A stretch of DNA of 57,931 bases from Actinomycetes bacterium (GTDB lineage: Bacteria > Actinomycetota > Actinomycetes > Actinomycetales > Demequinaceae), in assembly GCA_003242455.2 (NCBI GenBank), contig QGUM02000001.1, forward strand, positions 1 to 57,931, written 5' to 3'. Below are positions 49,193 through 57,931 of this stretch, piece by piece. Made by a program: the position numbers and the translations under genes. The notes beneath the pieces are model-generated. The model made no database searches. It saw only the letters and a program-made list of their open reading frames with translations, and was not told the DNA's origin. The stretch's first letter is position 1. Every line of letters starts with the position of its first letter.

Positions 49193-49981
49193 TCAGTCCT
49201 CGAAGTCCACGACCACCGGCACGTGGTCCGAGGCGCCCTTGCCCTTGCGCTCGTCGCGCACGATCTGCGCGGCGGTCGCGCGCGCCGCGAGCGGCTTCGA
49301 CGCCCACACGAAGTCGATGCGCATGCCCTCGTTGCGCGGGAAGCGCAGCTGCTTGTAGTCCCAGAAGGTGTACTTGCCCTCGTCGGAGACGAAGCGGCGC
49401 GACAGCTCCTCGTATCCCGCCGGAGCGAGGGCGGCGAGCGCCTCGCGCACCTCGGGCGTCACGTGCGTCGTCGCCTCGGGGTCGGACTCGTCCCAGATGT
49501 CGCTCGGCAGCGGCGCGACGTTGAAGTCGCCCACGAGAGCGGTGGGCGCGCCCGCCCAGCCGCGCGCGGCATCGGCGAGCGAGCCCAGGAAGTCCAGCTT
49601 GTACGCGTAGTGCGGATCGGCGAGGCCGCGCCCGTTGGGGATGTACAGGCTCCACACCCGCACCCCGCCGCACGTCGCGCCGAGCGCGCGCGCCTCCACG
49701 ATCGGCTCCTGGCCCGGCTTGCCGAAGGACGGCTGGCCTGGGAAGGACGTCTCGACGTCGCTCAGGCCGATGCGGGAGGCGACCGCGACGCCGTTCCACT
49801 GGCCCAGGCCGTGCGCGGCGATCTCGTAGCCGGCGGCCTCGAAGGGCGCGGCCGGCAGCTGCGCCGGGGTGCACTTGATCTCCTGCATGGCGAGCACGTC
49901 CACGTCCGCACGCACCATCCAGTCGATGACGCGGTCCACTCGGGCGCGCAGGGAGTTCACATTCCACGTCGCGAGGCGCAT
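49193..49981 (-). CDS. xth: Exodeoxyribonuclease III
   Basis: ATWNVNS, QEIK, YIPNG, GDFNVAP, RID, SDHVPV. Confidence 0.95.
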   Translation of the reverse strand: MRLATWNVNSLRARVDRVIDWMVRADVDVLAMQEIKCTPAQLPAAPFEAAGYEIAAHGLGQWNGVAVASRIGLSDVETSFPGQPSFGKPGQEPIVEARALGATCGGVRVWSLYIPNGRGLADPHYAYKLDFLGSLADAARGWAGAPTALVGDFNVAPLPSDIWDESDPEATTHVTPEVREALAALAPAGYEELSRRFVSDEGKYTFWDYKQLRFPRNEGMRIDFVWASKPLAARATAAQIVRDERKGKGASDHVPVVVDFED

Positions 49982-50018
49982 GCCCTCACGCTACCCGCCT
50001 GCCCGTAGCCTGTGACCC

Positions 50019-50774
50019 ATGACGACGGCACTCGTGACGGGGGCGAGCGCTGGCCTGGGCGCGGAGTTCGCCCGACAGCTCGCGGCGCAGGGACACGATC
50101 TGGTCCTCGTGGCGCGTTCGCGCGAGCGGCTCGACGCGCTCGCGGCCGAGCTGGCACAGCGCCACGGCGTCGCGGTCGAGGTGCTCGCGGCCGACCTCAC
50201 GGTGCGCCCCGACGTCGACGCGGTCGCCTCCCGCGTCGCCGATGCCGAGCGTCCCGTCGACCTGCTGGTCAACAACGCTGGGCTGGGCCAGGGAGTGGAC
50301 TTCGTCGCCAACGACCTGGACGCGGAGCTCGCAGCCCTCGACGTGATGGTGCGCGCGGTCCTGATCCTCAGCCACGCCGCAGCGGGCTCCATGGCAGCGC
50401 GCGGCCGCGGGCGCATCCTCAACGTGTCCTCGGTGGCGACCTGGCTGGGCAACGGGACCTACTCGGCGCACAAGGCGTGGGTCACGTCCTTCACGGAAGG
50501 CCTCGCGGGACAGCTGCGCGGCACCGGCGCCACGGCCACGGCCGTGCTGCCCGGGCTGACGCGCACGGAGTTCCACGCGCGAGCGGGCATCGGCGCATAC
50601 GACGGCCTCCGCGTCGCGTGGCTGCGCGCCGACGCCGTGGTGCGGGCGGCGCTGAGGGCATCGGAGCGCGGCAGGGTGCTCGTCACCCCGTCGGTGCGGT
50701 ACGGCGTCGTCGCGTGGCTTGCGCGCACCGCGCCGCGCTGGCTCACGCGCTCCCTGTCGCGCGGCAAGCACTGA
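50019..50774 (+). CDS. SDR oxidoreductase (DltE-like)
   Basis: TGASAGLG, LVAR, NNAG, VSS, YSAHK, PGLTRTEF. Confidence 0.92.
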   Translation: MTTALVTGASAGLGAEFARQLAAQGHDLVLVARSRERLDALAAELAQRHGVAVEVLAADLTVRPDVDAVASRVADAERPVDLLVNNAGLGQGVDFVANDLDAELAALDVMVRAVLILSHAAAGSMAARGRGRILNVSSVATWLGNGTYSAHKAWVTSFTEGLAGQLRGTGATATAVLPGLTRTEFHARAGIGAYDGLRVAWLRADAVVRAALRASERGRVLVTPSVRYGVVAWLARTAPRWLTRSLSRGKH

Positions 50775-50833
50775 GCCGAGGCCGGCCGTCGGCGGCGCCC
50801 GCTCGCGCTCGCCGCGCCAGTAGGCTCGTGGCC

Positions 50834-51400
50834 ATGACGACGGGAACCCCCAGGGAGCAGCTGCGCCGGCTCATCAGCGACCTCGCCGTGGTGCGAGGCA
50901 AGGTCACCCTCGCGTCGGGCCGCGAGGCGGACTACTACGTGGACCTGCGCCGGGTGACGCTGCACCACGCCGCCGCGCCGCTCATCGGGCACCTCCTGCT
51001 CGACATGCTCGAGGAGGCCGGCCACGGCCCGGCGGAGATCGACGCTGTGGGGGGCCTGACGCTCGGGGCCGACCCCGTCGCGACGGCCCTGCTGCACGCG
51101 GCGGCCTCGCGCGGGCTCGAGCTCGACGCGTTCGTGGTGCGCAAGGAGGCCAAGTCTCACGGCCTGCAGCGCCGCATCGAGGGGCCCGACGTCGCGGGCA
51201 GGAAGGTCGTGGCGGTCGAGGACACCTCCACCACAGGGGGCTCCGTGCTGACCGCCGTGGAGGCGCTGCGCGAGGCCGGAGCGGACGTGCGCGCCGTGGC
51301 CGTCATCGTGGACCGCGACACGGGCGCTCGCGAGGCCATCGAGGCCGAGGGCCTGCCCTACCTGTATTTGTACAGCCTCGGAGACCTGGGCCTGGAGTAG
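50834..51400 (+). CDS. pyrE: Orotate phosphoribosyltransferase
   Basis: TLASG, YYVD, VRKEAKSHG, VEDTSTTGGS. Confidence 0.96.
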   Translation: MTTGTPREQLRRLISDLAVVRGKVTLASGREADYYVDLRRVTLHHAAAPLIGHLLLDMLEEAGHGPAEIDAVGGLTLGADPVATALLHAAASRGLELDAFVVRKEAKSHGLQRRIEGPDVAGRKVVAVEDTSTTGGSVLTAVEALREAGADVRAVAVIVDRDTGAREAIEAEGLPYLYLYSLGDLGLE

Positions 51401-51403
51401 CCC

Positions 51404-52306
51404 ATGCGGCGGGGTGTGCGGCACGTCGTCATCCGCGTCGCGACGGGCGTCGGCTGCGTCGCGTTCGGGCTGCTCGCCCTCCTGAGGTTCGTCGACCTGC
51501 CCGGCGACGTCGCCTTCCCGTTCGTCGTGGGGACGCTCGTCGTGTGCGGGGCGCTGTTCCTGGGCTCCGTGGCGCTGTGCGCCTATGACGTGCTGGGCAA
51601 CGAGCGCCAGCGTCGCGAGCACATGGCGTTCGCCGAGCTCCACGGCTGGCGCTTCTTCAACCGCAGCAACGAGTTCACCGGGCGCTTCACGCTCTTCCCG
51701 TTCGACGGTCGCGCAGAGGACTACCAGCTCAACATCGTGCGCGGAGAGTTCGCCGGCGCGCAGTGCGCGGCCTTCACGTACGTGCGCGTCGTCCAGAGCG
51801 AGGAGGGCGGCGAGGTCCTCGAGCCCTACCAGGTGGTGCTCGCGGAGCTGCCGGTGTTCCTGCCGCGCCTCGAGCTCGTGCCGGAGCGCATCGCCCACAA
51901 GATCGCCGCGACCCTCACGGGAGACCTCGACGTCGAGTCCGACGACTTCAACCGCAGCTGGCGCGTCATCTGCGACGACCGGCGCTACGCCCACGCCGTG
52001 CTCCACCCGCGCATGATCGAGCGGCTCCTCGAGTCCGACGCGCGCAGGCACTCGATCCTCATCGAGGGAGGAGCAGTGCTCATGTGGCGGCCCGGACGCC
52101 GCAGCACCCGCTCGCTCGCGAGCCGCCTCGCGGTGCTGTCCGCGGTCGCCCGCCGCATCCCCGAGCATGTGGTGCGCGAGTACCGCGAGCCCGGCCCGGG
52201 CAACCCGAGGGCGCTGGGCGAGCGGCACCTCATCACGCCGCTGGGCGAGGCACGGGCGCCGCGGCTCGCGGCGTTCGACATCTTCGACGCAGGCTCCTAC
52301 CGATGA
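51404..52306 (+). CDS. Membrane protein with DUF3137-like soluble domain
   Basis: Two N-terminal TM; FAELHGWRF, LFPF, ESDDFNRSWRV, VLHPRMIERLL. Confidence 0.7.
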   Translation: MRRGVRHVVIRVATGVGCVAFGLLALLRFVDLPGDVAFPFVVGTLVVCGALFLGSVALCAYDVLGNERQRREHMAFAELHGWRFFNRSNEFTGRFTLFPFDGRAEDYQLNIVRGEFAGAQCAAFTYVRVVQSEEGGEVLEPYQVVLAELPVFLPRLELVPERIAHKIAATLTGDLDVESDDFNRSWRVICDDRRYAHAVLHPRMIERLLESDARRHSILIEGGAVLMWRPGRRSTRSLASRLAVLSAVARRIPEHVVREYREPGPGNPRALGERHLITPLGEARAPRLAAFDIFDAGSYR

Positions 52307-52442
52307 GCCGACGGCCGTGCGGGCTCGTCGCGGCGGCGCCTCACCGGCCGGCGGCGGCGTCCACAGGCCGGCCGCCGCGTGAGCGAGGCGGGGCGAGCGC
52401 CGCTAGCATCGAGAGCAGACCTGAGAAAGGGGAGGCCAGCGC

Positions 52443-53000
52443 ATGCTGACTGCAATCATCATCGTCGCCGTCGTCGTGATCATCGGAGGGTGGGCCGTCG
52501 CGACGTACAACGGCCTCGTCCGCCTGCGCAACCTCGTGCAGGAGGCGTGGCGCCAGATCGACGTCGAGCTGCAGCGCCGCCACGACCTCATCCCCAACCT
52601 CGTGGAAGCCGTCAAGGCCTACGCCAAGCACGAGCGCGAGACCTTCGACGCCGTGACCCAGGCCCGCGCGGCAGCGTCGCAGCCGGGCCTCGCTCCCGCC
52701 CAGCAGGCGGCGCAGGAGAACATCCTGACCCAGGCGCTGGGCCGCCTCTTCGCCGTCGCGGAGGCCTACCCGCAGCTGCAGGCGAACCAGAACTTCCTCC
52801 AGCTCCAGCAGGAGCTCACCAACACCGAGGACCGCGTGGCGGCCGGGCGCCGCTTCTACAACGCGAACGTCCGCTCGCTCAACACCAAGGTCGAGACCTT
52901 CCCGACGCTCCTGGTCGCGGGGCTCTTCGGCTTCACCAAGGCCGAGTACTTCGAGACCGAGGACCTCGACGCCCGCAAGGCGCCCAAGGTCGAGTTCTAG
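52443..53000 (+). CDS. lemA: LemA family protein
   Basis: YNGLV, IDVELQRRHDLIPNLV, AEAYPQLQANQNFL, RRFYN, FP. Confidence 0.95.
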   Translation: MLTAIIIVAVVVIIGGWAVATYNGLVRLRNLVQEAWRQIDVELQRRHDLIPNLVEAVKAYAKHERETFDAVTQARAAASQPGLAPAQQAAQENILTQALGRLFAVAEAYPQLQANQNFLQLQQELTNTEDRVAAGRRFYNANVRSLNTKVETFPTLLVAGLFGFTKAEYFETEDLDARKAPKVEF

Positions 53001-53033
53001 CCCTCCGGCAGGGTCGACGGGACGATCGCGCGC

Positions 53034-53672
53034 GTGGACCCTTGGCTCATCGTCGTCGCCGTCGCAGCGCTCGCGGCCCTCGTGTGGTGGCTGTTCCGCC
53101 CGTCGGCCAAGGCCGAGCCGCGCGCCCCGCGCGCCGCGTCGGGGAGCGTGACCCGGCTCGCAGAGCGCGGTCTCGAGGCGCTTCCGCTCGGGCTCAGGCT
53201 CTCGCCGCGCGACGATGCCGTGGCGGAGCGCTTCGACTTCCCGCCCTTCGGCAGGGGCGCGGAGCGCGCGGCGACGGAGGTGGTGCGCGGCACGGTCGAC
53301 GGCGTCGAGGTGCTCGCCTTCCGCTACTCGTTCGTGCTCGAGGGCGAGGACTCTCCGCGCCAGTACGACATCACCGCGCTCGGCACCCGCTTCCCGTGGA
53401 CCGGCCGTCTGCGGCTCGCCTCGCTGCCGCGCGAGCCCAGTGTGACGCCGGGCTTCGCCGACGCCTGGCGCGTCGACGAGGAGCCGCCCGGCCTGGGCCT
53501 GATCACCGAGCGCCTGCGGGAGATCCTCATGGACGCGAGGCTCAAGGCATCGGCCGTCGTCGTGCAGCCCGATGCGGTGGTCCTCGTCGACACGGTGCGC
53601 CGCACCCCTCCCGACCTGGTCGAGGACCTCATGCTGCTGAAGTCGATCCGCGACGCCCTGCGCGCGGCCTGA
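53034..53672 (+). CDS. Single-TM protein paralogous to 51404..52306
   Basis: N-terminal TM; RFDFPPFG, VRGTVDG, AFRY, FADAWRV. Confidence 0.7.
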   Translation: MDPWLIVVAVAALAALVWWLFRPSAKAEPRAPRAASGSVTRLAERGLEALPLGLRLSPRDDAVAERFDFPPFGRGAERAATEVVRGTVDGVEVLAFRYSFVLEGEDSPRQYDITALGTRFPWTGRLRLASLPREPSVTPGFADAWRVDEEPPGLGLITERLREILMDARLKASAVVVQPDAVVLVDTVRRTPPDLVEDLMLLKSIRDALRAA

Positions 53673-53858
53673 GCCTCACCGGGCGTCGGCGCACGGCGCT
53701 CCGGCGGACCACGGCTGGGGCAGGCGCGCCGGCGGGGCGGGCATCACATCAGATGCACGCGCGTCTTCGTTTCTCGGCAAAGCCGTGTAGCCTTCCGCGA
53801 AGCGATCGGTCCGCAACGGCGCGGGCCGGTCGTTCACCATGCCGGCCGGCAGGCGGAC

Positions 53859-54566
53859 TCAGTCCGCGGACGCGTCGTCGGAGGGATCCTTGTCCGCCAC
53901 GGCGAGCTTGGCGCGACGCGCCTCGATGCGGTGCTTGACCGTCTCGACGACCATCGGGATGAGCGACACGGCCACGATGAGCACGAGCGCTACCTCGATG
54001 TTCTCCTTGACCACGGAGAAGCCGCCGAGCCAGTAGCCCAGGAGCGTCACGCCCACGCCCCACACGAGCGCGCCGATGACGGAGAACTTGATGAAGTGGC
54101 GGTACGGCATCCTGCCAACACCGGCGGCGACGGGGATGTAGGTGCGCACGAAGGGCACGAACTGCGCGAGCACGATCGCGCGGCCGCCGTACTTCTCGAA
54201 GAAGGCGTGGGTGCGGTCCACATGCTCCTGCTTGAAGATGCGCGAGTCCGGGCGGTTGAAGATCTTGGGCCCGGTCAGGCGCCCGATCCAGTAGCCCGAC
54301 TGCGGGCCGACGAAGGCGGCCAGCCCCAGCATCGGCGCCACGACGGTGATGGGCAGGCCGATCTGGCCGGTGCCCGTGAACAGGCCCGCGGTGAACAGCA
54401 GGGAGTCGCCGGGCAGGAACGGGAACAGCAGGCCCGTCTCGATGAGGACCACGACGATGATGCCCAGGAGAGCCCAGGTGCCGAAGCGCTCGATGAAGCC
54501 GTTGATGAGGTTCTCAGGGTCGAGCCAGTCCGGCCCGAGCATCGGCAGTGCTGCGGCGTGGATCAC
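53859..54566 (-). CDS. DedA/VTT family membrane protein
   Basis: ETGLLFPFLPGDSLLFTAG, FVPFVRT, GYWLG. Confidence 0.93.
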   Translation of the reverse strand: MIHAAALPMLGPDWLDPENLINGFIERFGTWALLGIIVVVLIETGLLFPFLPGDSLLFTAGLFTGTGQIGLPITVVAPMLGLAAFVGPQSGYWIGRLTGPKIFNRPDSRIFKQEHVDRTHAFFEKYGGRAIVLAQFVPFVRTYIPVAAGVGRMPYRHFIKFSVIGALVWGVGVTLLGYWLGGFSVVKENIEVALVLIVAVSLIPMVVETVKHRIEARRAKLAVADKDPSDDASAD

Positions 54567-54583
54567 CCGGATAGCCTACGGGC
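54567..54583. promoter_or_regulatory. Overlapping back-to-back -10 elements for divergent leaderless genes
   Basis: TAGCCT (+, 54572-54577) and TAGGCT (-, 54573-54578), each 6 nt from a GTG. Confidence 0.65.
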
Positions 54584-55222
54584 GTGGATGCGAACGAGCC
54601 GAACCCTGAGGTCGGCGTGGGCCCCTGGGAGGGTCCGCTGCCGGATGACCCGCGGCTCGATCCCGAGCTCCTCGCCCAGGGCGACCGCCGCAACGTCGTG
54701 GACCGCTACCGCTACTGGCGGCACGAGGAGATCGTCGCGGACCTCGATGCGCGCCGCCACGGCTTCCACGTGGCGATCGAGAACTGGCAGCACGACTTCA
54801 ACATCGGCTCGGTGGTGAGGACCGCCAACGCGTTCCTCGCGCGGGAGGTGCACATCATCGGGCGTCGGCGCTGGAACCGGCGGGGCGCGATGGTCACGGA
54901 CCGCTACCAGCACGTGCGTCATCACCCCACGGTGGAGGAGTTCGCGGCGTGGGCGCGGGAGCGCGGCCTGGCGGTCATCGGCATCGACAACGTGCCCGGC
55001 TCAGTGCCGCTCGAGACGTTCGCGCTCCCTCGCGAGTGCGTCCTGGTGTTCGGTCAGGAGAGCGTGGGGCTGAGCGAGGAGATCCGTCAGGCGGCCGATG
55101 CCGTGCTCGCCATCGCGCAGTACGGGTCGACGCGCTCCGTCAACGCCGGCGCGGCCGCGGCGATCGCGATGCACGCATGGGTGCGCCAGCACGCCGACAT
55201 CGACGCGGGCCACGCGGGCTGA
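54584..55222 (+). CDS. TrmH/SpoU RNA methyltransferase
   Basis: NIGSVVRTANAF, FGQESVGL, QYGSTRSVNA. Confidence 0.92.
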   Translation: MDANEPNPEVGVGPWEGPLPDDPRLDPELLAQGDRRNVVDRYRYWRHEEIVADLDARRHGFHVAIENWQHDFNIGSVVRTANAFLAREVHIIGRRRWNRRGAMVTDRYQHVRHHPTVEEFAAWARERGLAVIGIDNVPGSVPLETFALPRECVLVFGQESVGLSEEIRQAADAVLAIAQYGSTRSVNAGAAAAIAMHAWVRQHADIDAGHAG

Positions 55223-55312
55223 GCGCCGTCTGGGACTCTCGCCGCAGACGCCGTCCGCGGTTTCTGCCACAATGGTGGGCGGTTCCAACAGCCCGACTCA
55301 CAGGAGACACGC

Positions 55313-56332
55313 ATGGCCATCGCCACCCCTGAGACGTACAACGCAATGCTCGACGCCGCGAAGTCGGGCGGCTACGCGTTCCCGGCGATCAACATCACGT
55401 CGTCGTCGACCATCACCGCGGCCATCCAGGGCTTCGCGGAGGCCGAGTCCGACGGCATCATCCAGGTTTCCGTGGGCGGCGGTCAGTACGCCTCCGGCTC
55501 GACCATCAAGGACCAGGTCGCCGGCTCGCTCGCGCTCGCCGCGTACGCCCGCGAGGTCGCCAAGAACTACGGCGTCACCATCGCCCTGCACACCGACCAC
55601 TGCCACAAGGACTACGTCGACAGCTGGCTGCGCCCGCTGCTCGCCGCGTCCATCGAGCGCGTGAAGAAGGGCGAGGAGCCCATCTTCCAGTCGCACATGT
55701 GGGACGGCTCGTCCGTGCCGCTCGACGAGAACCTCAAGCTCGCGGCCGAGCTGCTCGAGCTGTCGCAGCAGGCCCGCACGATCCTCGAGATCGAGATCGG
55801 CGTCGTGGGCGGCGAGGAGGACGGCCACTCGGCCGAGATCAACGAGAAGCTCTACACGACGCCCGAGGACGGCCTGAAGACGGTCGAGGCCCTCGGTTCC
55901 GGTGAGAAGGGCCGCTACCTGACCGCCCTCACGTTCGGCAACGTGCACGGCGTGTACAAGCCGGGCGCGGTGAAGCTGCGTCCCGAGCTGCTCGGCGAGA
56001 TCCAGGAGGTCGTGGGCGCCAAGGTCGGCAAGGAGAAGCCGTTCGACCTGGTCTTCCACGGCGGCTCCGGCTCCACGCCCGAGGAGATCGCGCTCGCGGT
56101 CAAGAACGGCGTCGTGAAGATGAACATCGACACCGACACGCAGTACGCCTACACACGTCCGGTCGCCGACTTCATGCTCAAGCACTACGACGGTGTCCTG
56201 AAGGTCGACGGCGAGATCGGCAACAAGAAGGACTACGACCCGCGCGCGTGGGGCAAGCTCGCCGAGGCGGGCATGGCCGCCCGCGTCGTCGAGGCCTGCC
56301 AGCAGCTGGGCTCGGCCGGCAAGAAGATCTAG
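55313..56332 (+). CDS. fbaA: Class II fructose-bisphosphate aldolase
   Basis: [38 protein letters not shown]. Confidence 0.97.
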   Translation: MAIATPETYNAMLDAAKSGGYAFPAINITSSSTITAAIQGFAEAESDGIIQVSVGGGQYASGSTIKDQVAGSLALAAYAREVAKNYGVTIALHTDHCHKDYVDSWLRPLLAASIERVKKGEEPIFQSHMWDGSSVPLDENLKLAAELLELSQQARTILEIEIGVVGGEEDGHSAEINEKLYTTPEDGLKTVEALGSGEKGRYLTALTFGNVHGVYKPGAVKLRPELLGEIQEVVGAKVGKEKPFDLVFHGGSGSTPEEIALAVKNGVVKMNIDTDTQYAYTRPVADFMLKHYDGVLKVDGEIGNKKDYDPRAWGKLAEAGMAARVVEACQQLGSAGKKI

Positions 56333-56350
56333 TCACAGCGACACGGGTTC

Positions 56351-56380
56351 GCCCCCGCGGTCGCCTGACCGTGGGGGCTT
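56351..56380 (+). terminator. Intrinsic terminator after fbaA
   Basis: CCCCGCGGTC-GCCT-GACCGTGGGG stem then CTTT. Confidence 0.6.
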
Positions 56381-56405
56381 TCCCACGTCAAGGGAGGTAC
56401 GGCAG

Positions 56406-57698
56406 ATGCCGGGAGCAGTGATCGTCGGCGCCCAGTGGGGTGACGAAGGCAAGGGCAAGGCGACGGACCTCCTTGGCTCGCGCGTCGACTACGTCGTCAA
56501 GTTCAACGGCGGCAACAACGCGGGCCACACCGTCGTCATCGGCGACGAGAAGTACGCCCTGCACCTGCTGCCGTCGGGAATCCTCACGCCCGGCTGCACG
56601 CCGGTCATCGGCAACGGCGTCGTGGTGGACCTGCGCGTCCTGTTCGAGGAGATCGACGGTCTTGGCGCGCGTGGGGTCGACACGTCCGACCTGCTCGTGT
56701 CCAATGCGGCGCACATCATCGCGCCCTATGCACGCACGCTCGACAACGTCACGGAGCGCTTCCTGGGCTCGCGCAAGATCGGCACCACGGGCCGGGGCAT
56801 CGGCCCGGCGTACGCGGACAAGATCAACCGCGTGGGCATCCGCGTGGGCGACCTGTTCGACGAGCAGGTGCTGCGCGACAAGATCGAGGGCGCACTCGTC
56901 ACCAAGAACCACCTGCTTGTCAAGGTCTACAACCGTCGCGCCATCACGGTGGACGAGGTCGCCGACGAGCTGCTGAGCTACCGCGACCGCCTCGCGCCGC
57001 ACGTCGCCGACACCTCCCTGGTGCTCAACCAGGCGCTCGACCGCGGCGAGACCGTGCTGTTCGAGGGCGGTCAGGCGACCATGCTCGACGTGGACCACGG
57101 CACCTACCCGTTCGTCACGTCGTCCAACGCGACGGCGGGCGGCGCATGCACCGGCTCCGGCGTGGGCCCCACGCGCATCGACTCTGTCATCGGCATCGCG
57201 AAGGCGTACACGACCCGCGTGGGCGAGGGCCCGATGCCGACGGAGCTGCTCGACGCCGACGGCGACCGCCTGCGCGACGTCGGGCACGAGTTCGGCACCA
57301 CGACCGGCCGCCCGCGCCGCTGCGGGTGGTACGACTCGGTGGTGGTCCGCTACGCGACGCGCGTCAACGGCCTGACCGACATCGTGCTGACCAAGCTCGA
57401 CGTGCTGACGGGCCTCGAGGAGATCCCCGTGTGCGTCGCGTACGACGTCAACGGGGTCCGCCACGACGACCTCCCGCTCGACCAGGGCGCGTTCGCCGCG
57501 GCCAAGCCCATCTACGAGACGCTGCCCGGCTGGAGCGAGGACATCTCGGGCGCACGGTCGCTCGAGGACCTGCCCGGGAACGCTCGCGCCTACGTGAAGG
57601 CCGTGGAGGAGTTCAGCGGCTGCCGCATCTCGACTATCGGCGTGGGACCGGGTCGTGAGGAGATCATCCAGCTCCATGACCTATTGCACTCGCGGTGA
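56406..57698 (+). CDS. purA: Adenylosuccinate synthetase
   Basis: [43 protein letters not shown]. Confidence 0.97.
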   Translation: MPGAVIVGAQWGDEGKGKATDLLGSRVDYVVKFNGGNNAGHTVVIGDEKYALHLLPSGILTPGCTPVIGNGVVVDLRVLFEEIDGLGARGVDTSDLLVSNAAHIIAPYARTLDNVTERFLGSRKIGTTGRGIGPAYADKINRVGIRVGDLFDEQVLRDKIEGALVTKNHLLVKVYNRRAITVDEVADELLSYRDRLAPHVADTSLVLNQALDRGETVLFEGGQATMLDVDHGTYPFVTSSNATAGGACTGSGVGPTRIDSVIGIAKAYTTRVGEGPMPTELLDADGDRLRDVGHEFGTTTGRPRRCGWYDSVVVRYATRVNGLTDIVLTKLDVLTGLEEIPVCVAYDVNGVRHDDLPLDQGAFAAAKPIYETLPGWSEDISGARSLEDLPGNARAYVKAVEEFSGCRISTIGVGPGREEIIQLHDLLHSR

Positions 57699-57714
57699 AG
57701 CGCCCCATGGGAAC

Positions 57715-57761
57715 ATCCCACATCTGGGGGTTTGACAGCCGTTCCCTCGCGCACTTAGCCT
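57715..57761 (+). promoter_or_regulatory. Sigma70 promoter with upstream CCCA-N4-TGGGGG site
   Basis: ATCCCACATCTGGGGG (57715-57730), TTGACA (57732-57737), 18 nt, TAGCCT (57756-57761). Confidence 0.6.
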
Positions 57762-57809
57762 CGTCAAAGGCTGGACAACCGATCGCCACGGAGTCAGGGG
57801 GATATTCAC

Positions 57810-57931
57810 ATGTATGCAGGCAGGGCAGTGGCAATCGCGGCAGGTTCGTTGGCGATGGCTTTGGTGTTCGCAATTCCCGTGAGCGCTGCGGTGTGGACTA
57901 TTGAAGACGGCGCTTGCGACGGCGTGGCGTA
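57810..57931 (+). CDS. Partial secreted protein (runs off window end)
   Basis: MYAGRAVAIAAGSLAMALVFAIPVSAAVWTIEDG..., signal-peptide-like; GGGGGA RBS; upstream promoter. Confidence 0.55.
   Translation, partial: MYAGRAVAIAAGSLAMALVFAIPVSAAVWTIEDGACDGVA

Overview
A very GC-rich actinobacterial chromosome segment (gene order pgm-pheA-serS-tRNA-Ser/Ser/Arg-pyrE-fbaA-purA suggests Micrococcales; this is inference). About 58 CDS, 3 tRNAs and a yybP-ykoY (Mn2+) riboswitch were found; no integrase, transposase, prophage or CRISPR array was seen. Main blocks: (1) an iron-siderophore ABC operon with a siderophore-interacting protein (0.5-5.5 kb); (2) a minus-strand run of MFS, APH-like kinase, riboswitch-TerC/Alx, ATP-grasp, SRPBCC, an unannotated 44-aa ORF, PatB and a hydrolase; (3) housekeeping genes including a degenerate GT2; (4) a four-gene conservon whose sensor has a ~700-aa low-complexity tail; (5) the best novelty candidate, a tightly coupled 13-gene, ~14-kb catabolic operon (ALDH, divergent IlvC-like enzyme, DUF1152-like protein, nucleoside-type deaminase, BMP/Nup ABC importer, GntR, EamA, cyclase-family hydrolase, SDR, glycerate kinase) behind a perfect 16-bp palindrome; (6) an orphan PIN gene and tRNAs; (7) a response regulator + kinase + kinase-dead partner trio with a palindrome that recurs before a secreted-protein gene at the window end; (8) lemA flanked by two paralogous genes. 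Many genes look leaderless. All family assignments come from motif recognition by eye; no searches were run.
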